A stretch of 53,541 nt of DNA, the filler included, from Bipalium vagum (taxonomy: Eukaryota): assembly GCA_037834085.1 (NCBI GenBank). It is 3 parts of 3 records of this genome, joined end to end, with 100 filler letters (N's around TTAATTAATTAA, not from the genome) between each part and the next. Parts side by side here need not be neighbours in the genome. Positions count along the whole stretch, not along the records: positions 34,984 to 53,541 come from JBBMKC010025597.1; 2 more parts are not named here. The stretch is one strand, 5' to 3'. The position numbers and the translations under genes were made by a program. Under the pieces are notes generated by a model. That model was not told the origin of the DNA, searched no databases, and worked only from the letters and a program-made list of their open reading frames with translations. This document shows positions 50,701 to 53,541 of the stretch, in pieces. Numbering within the stretch: position 1 is the first letter of the stretch; each line of letters begins with the position of its first letter.

Positions 50701-53201
50701 ATATTTTCGTCAATAAGAAACATGGTATAATTTGTTTGTTTAAAAATATATGACTATGAAATTGAAAAATATATTTTACTAATAAGAATTTTATTGAAAA
50801 TATAAATAATAAAAATCAAATATTATAAATCGATTAATAAATTTTAAAAACTCAAAATCGATTGTGAATTTTCTTTTGAATATTCGTTCTCTACATCCAT
50901 TCATAAAGGTACGTATGATTGCAGAACCGAACCAAATACATTCTTCATTGTTAGATCTTAGGAATAATTTTCTCTGTGTATGAGTACCGGTCAGCCTGGT
51001 CACCAAAAATAGCTGATGATTCATACTCAGACATTTCTTTTTCATACTTCGAATTTTCAACCATACCAAAAACCCAAAACTCATGGTTAGAGGCACGACC
51101 CTTATAAATCTTCTTTGGTCAGTAAAAACCATGACATAATCCGTTAGTAAAAATAACATTATCTATAATCCTTAATGGATTAATTATGTACATTTTTCTA
51201 TTTTTTCCATTTATCACTTTTTAATTCAAAAAGTAAAATATTTTTATTAAATGCACGTTTTAATACATTAATTTTAATCATGAAAATAAAATGTATTATT
51301 GTTGTGATAGCTCGATCCACTCTTCCGGTGTTACAGTGTTACAGTGTTATGTCACTTATATTCATTTTTTCCCTTTTAAGGGAGAATTGACAGAAAATTA
51401 CACATTTAGAAAGGGGCTTTTTTGATCTTGTTTCTATCTCCCGCTCACTATGTTTGAAGTTATCTTATCATTTTTCGTTACCTTATTCTTGACTTTATAA
51501 TATTTTTGCTTCGGAATCTGGATGTAATGACTCTAACCTAAGCCATGGATTTTGAGTTTTATTATTTCACATTGAAGTGAATTTCATTTAAATCTATTTT
51601 TGATCGGGTCACGATATTTGCATTTATCTTGTATTTGTGAGTTCTGATTCGATTTTGTTTGAATGGGCATTTAGAGTGCGTATTTCAAGAATAACTTGCA
51701 TTATTGTTTGGCTGAAAGCTTTCCAAAGGATAGATTAGTTTGTTTTATTATTAGTAATTAAAGATGTAACTTAATTTTCAATAGCAGTTCACTTTAAAAG
51801 TGAATGCCAAATATATTTCTAAACTGTTACCAGTGAAAATATTGATAAATTGGCTGATGGTCTAAACATTTGATATAGTTAAGGTGTGAGGGTCAATAAA
51901 AAGATTGACAAAAAACATCAGTTTTATGGGTATCAGTGAAGTTATTGAAGGTTATTACTTCAAAGACAAATTGAGTATATCTGTTTCCTTATTTCATAGA
52001 CTTAGGACAACATTCAACTTGATTTATACTCCGTTTTGAAACAAGACCTCAAGTGATAAATGTAACCCAGATACTCATAACCTTCTCACCGACCTAACTG
52101 TTGACATAGAAATTTATGACTGTCCTGGAATTTGAGCTACAATCTTTCATGGTCATTAATTATTAATAAATTTAATTGAAATTAATTCTCAAAATAACGT
52201 GATTTACATTTTAGATTTTTGCAATCGTCTCAGTATTTTTTATTATCGCGTCAATTCTCTCCTTTTGCCTGAAAACCGCTTCATACTTCCGTATTCCGGT
52301 CATTGTAAATATTTCAGTCACCATTGACAACATTAGCGATGTGAGCTCGTCGGCAATAACGGCAAAGGGGTTCAAGTCCCATGATGCATTCGTATTCATA
52401 GAAATTATATGCAATTTATGGTTTCTCCTGGAGATATCGGCGCGGTTTATTGTTTCACCAGATAAATGTGACTTCCTTAAATCTCCTATTAATATCATCG
52501 ACCTACTCGCACTGATATCATTCTTTCTTGATACGATATTGTCCAGTCTCATGGAAGATGGGCATATTGGCAACTTAGAAATGTTGGAATTTTTTAGTAT
52601 TGTCAGAATTATGAGATTGTTTAAGCTCACTCGTCACATTGCTGGACTAAATATACTCGTTCATACCTTTAGAGCATCTTTAAAGGAACTGTTACTACTT
52701 GTGTTTTTCTTGGGTGTCTTTATTGTTATCTTTGCGGCCCTTATGTACTATGCTGAAAGATTCCAGACCAATACCGAAAATCATTTCAATTCCATTCCAC
52801 AAGGCTTATGGTGGGCCATTGTAACTATGACAACAGTTGGGTATGGAGATATGGTTCCAAAAACATATTTAGGCAAGTAAATAAAAATTTACTGTTTACA
52901 ATAAATTATTTCTTGACATCATTCTTGACAGGTATGATGGTCGGTGCTCTTTGTGCTATTACAGGGGTTCTCACCATTTCTCTTCCTGTACCTGTGATTG
53001 TCAGTAACTTTTCTATGTTTTATTCTCATACTCAGGCTCGATCAAAACTGCCGAAAAGACGTAGGAGAATTCTGCCAGTTGAAGCAGTGCGCCCTAAAAT
53101 TCAACCTTCCACCAATTCGACTTTTGGGCCTTTGATAAATAACTCCATTTTATTGAATACCAGACTTAAGCAGCAGTCTTTTAATTCTCATGAAACCAAA
53201 G
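42043..53201 (+). CDS. Shaw: Voltage-gated K+ channel, Shaw/Kv3 family. Exons 42043-42327, 44756-44983, 52215-52872, 52932-53201; probably continues beyond
   Basis: T1 domain [27 protein letters not shown]...[44 protein letters not shown]|VEPCCW; S4 [11 protein letters not shown]; pore TMTTVGYGD; S6 [10 protein letters not shown]. Splice phases are consistent. Confidence 0.95.
42800..43172 (+). mobile_element. hAT C-terminal fragment in Shaw intron 1
   Basis: [16 protein letters not shown]...[12 protein letters not shown]. Confidence 0.6.
47643..47719. repeat. (ATT)n microsatellite
   Basis: About 25 perfect TAT units. Confidence 0.98.
48950..49185 (+). mobile_element. mariner 3' end fragment
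   Basis: [27 protein letters not shown] followed by a TIR-like gacagtcacctcacg. Confidence 0.6.
50850..51130 (-). mobile_element. Merlin/IS1595(ISXO2)-like transposase fragment
   Basis: An alternative frame reads [20 protein letters not shown], matching the Merlin K..RGR.....WVFG.VE motif. Confidence 0.5.
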
Positions 53202-53464
53202 GTACTGTTAATTTTATTTATTAATTAAGTAATATTCTAAATAAAATAGATAAAATATTTCTAAAGTGTAAACTGTGTTCATGAAAGTCTTCAAAATATA
53301 ATTAAATAAAAATGGCTGTAAATCGATTGTAATTGTAAAAATTATAAAATAATTAAATAAATAAATTTATCAGCACAATTTAATGGGCAATTGAAATGGC
53401 TTAGTTGATCTTTAATTAAAAGAAAATTATCAAGTGCAATGAACGAAGCTATCTTAAATAATAA

Positions 53465-53541
53465 TAATAGTAATAGTAATAGTAATAGTAATAGTAATAG
53501 TAATAGTAATAGTAATAGTAATAGTAATAGTAATAGTAATA
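53465..53541. repeat. (TAATAG)n hexamer microsatellite running to the window end
   Basis: Perfect tandem TAATAG units. Confidence 0.97.

Noticed and set aside
53465-53541. Terminal hexamer repeat as a telomere
   Set aside because: The unit TAATAG/CTATTA is not a TTAGGG-type repeat and it follows an apparently unfinished gene; an ordinary microsatellite.

Overview
AT-rich eukaryotic (animal) nuclear DNA. The very short 42-59 nt introns, (ATT)n tracts and TE spectrum are planarian-like, but that is inference. Two N-gaps carry a TTAATTAATTAA linker, so adjacency across them is not established. Two host genes are supported: a 7-exon ABHD4/5-family alpha/beta hydrolase (10970-16884, +) and the first four coding exons of a Shaw/Kv3 potassium channel (42043-53201, +, one GC-AG intron). 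The rest is mostly decayed mobile DNA: Tc1/mariner, pogo, hAT, Merlin, MITEs and several Ty3/Gypsy elements. Two structures stand out. (1) A Polinton/Maverick-type PLA2-integrase ORF on the minus strand is split exactly within its HNFTG|PGT calcium-loop motif by a 326-nt insert (9213-8888). The insert has all the core elements of a group IC1 self-splicing intron (P, Q, R, S, P1-P9), i.e. a group I ribozyme in a protein-coding gene of an endogenous DNA virus/transposon in an animal nuclear genome. (2) An ~11 kb Gypsy element has an atypical order: LTR-PBS-gag (4 zinc knuckles)-two ubiquitin-like domains-chuvirus-like glycoprotein-IkB-like ankyrin repeats-PR-RT-RH-IN-signal-peptide ORF. All family assignments are from motif recall by eye; no searches were run.
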